Shown piece by piece: positions 18,217-20,000 of a stretch of 20,000 bases of DNA (position 1 is the stretch's first letter; each line of letters begins with the position of its first letter). The position numbers were made by a program, and so were the translations under genes. The notes under the pieces are model-generated. The model had not been told where the DNA came from, ran no database searches, and saw only the letters and a list, made by a program, of their open reading frames with translations. The stretch lies in contig JYFJ02001993.1 in assembly GCA_000934665.2 (NCBI GenBank), positions 44,862-64,861 of the forward strand, written 5' to 3'. The DNA is from Catajapyx aquilonaris (lineage: Eukaryota).

Positions 18217-19341
18217 CTGAAACAAAATATTTTTTTGTAATCATCAATACTGTTTCGTTACTAAAGAACACAAAGAACACACTGAATATGCAACTCAATG
18301 ACTGAGAAAGATAATTCTAGTGGTAGCAGACACAATTATCTTCTGATGCTGAGCCAAATGCCATGCACCTGACAGGGAATATTCCTATATGAGAAAACCC
18401 ATCAAACGGTTATGATAAATGGCAGTGACAAAATAAATTCTCAGCCAATGAACTGTTGGATGTCATTGCTGCCACGAAAATACTGCATGTTAAGTCAACC
18501 TGACTTGGGCAGCTGGTAATTGAATCCAAAAGACTGAAACTTTCTTCATATCAAAAGTACAAACTCAGTTTTGTGTTACTCAACTCAAATATGTGACTCA
18601 ACAAGAGATGCCACATGCCAGGAAAAACCTTTACCTGATTGAGTTTCTTGAACTGCACAATGTGTGCAGCCACATACTCAAGCACATGCTTTGCATCCTG
18701 CAGATGTGCAGGCAACTTCTGTGTGATCCCAAGAACATCTCCACACTCACGAACGTAGTACTCCAGGTCCTCATCCTCCACACACTTGTTGGTCAGCTGG
18801 GCAAGCTGGGCCTTCTCTGAGCTGAAAGCCTCATCCAGGTCATACAGCTCCAGAGCTGGATTTGGCAGGTCACGAAATTGTGGTGGGAATACCTGCATAT
18901 TGAAATAATACCTCGTATCAAAAAGGACAAGCATGATGTATGTTTTAGAATTCAGCCTTCAATTAGTAGGCTACTGACGTCACAACAGCCAACAATTATT
19001 ATTGACAACAATATCAACAATGTTACTAACAATTAAAGGCAAGTGAGATCAGTACTATTGTAAGGCTGAATACATGATATGGAATAGGCAAAGCTCACAG
19101 CAATCTGCAGGGGTGGTAGAGGGCTCTCAAAGTTAGGGGTGATGAGCTTTAGGGGCTCGTGCTTCACGTGAAGCTCCTCGAAAGCTTTGATTGCCTTTGG
19201 GACCATGTCTGTGTTGATCGAGAAGAGGCGGGTGTTAAATAGCTGGGTGTAGTCCACGGGGACCTCCTCTGACTCTTGCAAGCACACTCTGAGATTCTCT
19301 GCGAGGCTTGCTGTGTCTGGGATCATGTTGTAGTCAGATAT
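18142..19341 (-). CDS. IFT52: Intraflagellar transport protein 52 homolog, 5'-partial; complement(join(18142..18216,18635..18892,19099..19341))
   Basis: Joined translation ISDYNMIPDT...CLQESEEVPVDYTQLF...HVKHEPLKLITPNFESPLPPLQIAVFPPQFRDLPNPALELYDLDEAFSSEKAQLAQLTNKC...FKKLNQ matches the IFT52/OSM-6 central and C-terminal domains. All introns are GT-AG, phase 0; 576 nt. Confidence 0.96.
18635..18892 (-). CDS. IFT52: IFT52 exon (VFPPQFRDLP...VQFKKLNQ)
   Basis: atatgcag acceptor and CAG|gtaaag donor on -; 258 nt; inside ORF 18551..18934. Confidence 0.95.
19099..19341 (-). CDS. IFT52: IFT52 exon (ISDYNMIPD...PLPPLQIA)
   Basis: tttcaccag acceptor and GCT|gtgagc donor on -; 243 nt; inside ORF 19033..19410. 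Confidence 0.95.
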
Positions 19342-19842
19342 CTGGTGAAAACCCAAGATTTCAATGACCTCCCAACCACAAACATACTGGTTAACATTTA
19401 AATTCCACATTATTCAGACACAAGCTGTGATGGAACATATTATTGGCTAAGGAATGTTACGAGTAACCCCTCTACATTCTCCTTGTTACTATATTGTCTC
19501 GGTAGGGTGAGAATTGTAGTGGCATCACAAACAAATTAATGCATGACACTAGGAAAACCCTTGTTCTGTCATATTCCGAAGTATTTTAATATTATAGATT
19601 GCCATTAGGTTGCAAGACACAAAACACTACAAATATTTGTGACAGGTGAAAAAAAAAACACTGGTTATTCATAAGTGTACAAATGTAACAAATTCGATGG
19701 GCTCCTTCGGCTAATTTATCATTTGAAACGGGAAGGTTCTGCAAAAAGCATACACTGGCATCTTGTTATTCACATGTGATGGAATATTTCATGCATGACT
19801 ACATTTGGCAAATCACATGTATTCATTTATGTGTGATGTCAC

Positions 19843-20000
19843 TGCCACGGCTGTAGAAGACTCAGGTTAGGTCACTCCCCACCCACCCCCTGCCGAAGGA
19901 TTACGCACCGGGTGCTCACTTGAGAGCGCCACGAGACATTTTCCAGAGCATTTATGTGGCGACCCTACCGGACTAAGGCTGAACTTTACAGGTACGAAGG
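19843..20000. mobile_element. Probable unclassified interspersed-repeat fragment in an IFT52 intron (runs off the window)
   Basis: Abrupt switch to GC/CpG-rich sequence within AT-rich, CpG-poor intron; no IFT52-like frame recognised. Composition evidence only. Confidence 0.3.

Noticed and set aside
1..20000. Prokaryotic systems (CRISPR arrays, operons, defence islands)
   Set aside because: The sequence is spliceosomal-intron eukaryotic DNA; no spaced direct-repeat array or long uninterrupted ORF is present.

Overview
Eukaryotic (probably arthropod) genomic DNA with two convergent, intron-split genes, both truncated at their 5' ends by the window. On the + strand, ten exons (654-12043) join with consistent GT-AG boundaries and phases. 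They encode the C-terminal ~523 aa of a GPR158/GPR179-family class C GPCR (EGF/Cys-rich stalk, 7TM, cytoplasmic coiled coil), most like Drosophila smog, and include a 21/24-nt NAGNAG microexon. On the - strand lie the last three coding exons of IFT52 (19341-18142). The ~6 kb between the two stop codons holds a 560-bp TA-flanked fold-back MITE that is almost entirely one inverted repeat, a decayed mariner transposase fragment and several hairpins. CpG density falls sharply at ~9.6 kb, suggesting a methylation-domain boundary inside the GPCR gene. I see no convincing evidence of a novel multi-gene system. The best leads are the fold-back element, the microexon with its CpG-retaining flanks, and the CpG boundary. 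Most ORFs in the supplied track are spurious or are exon read-throughs.
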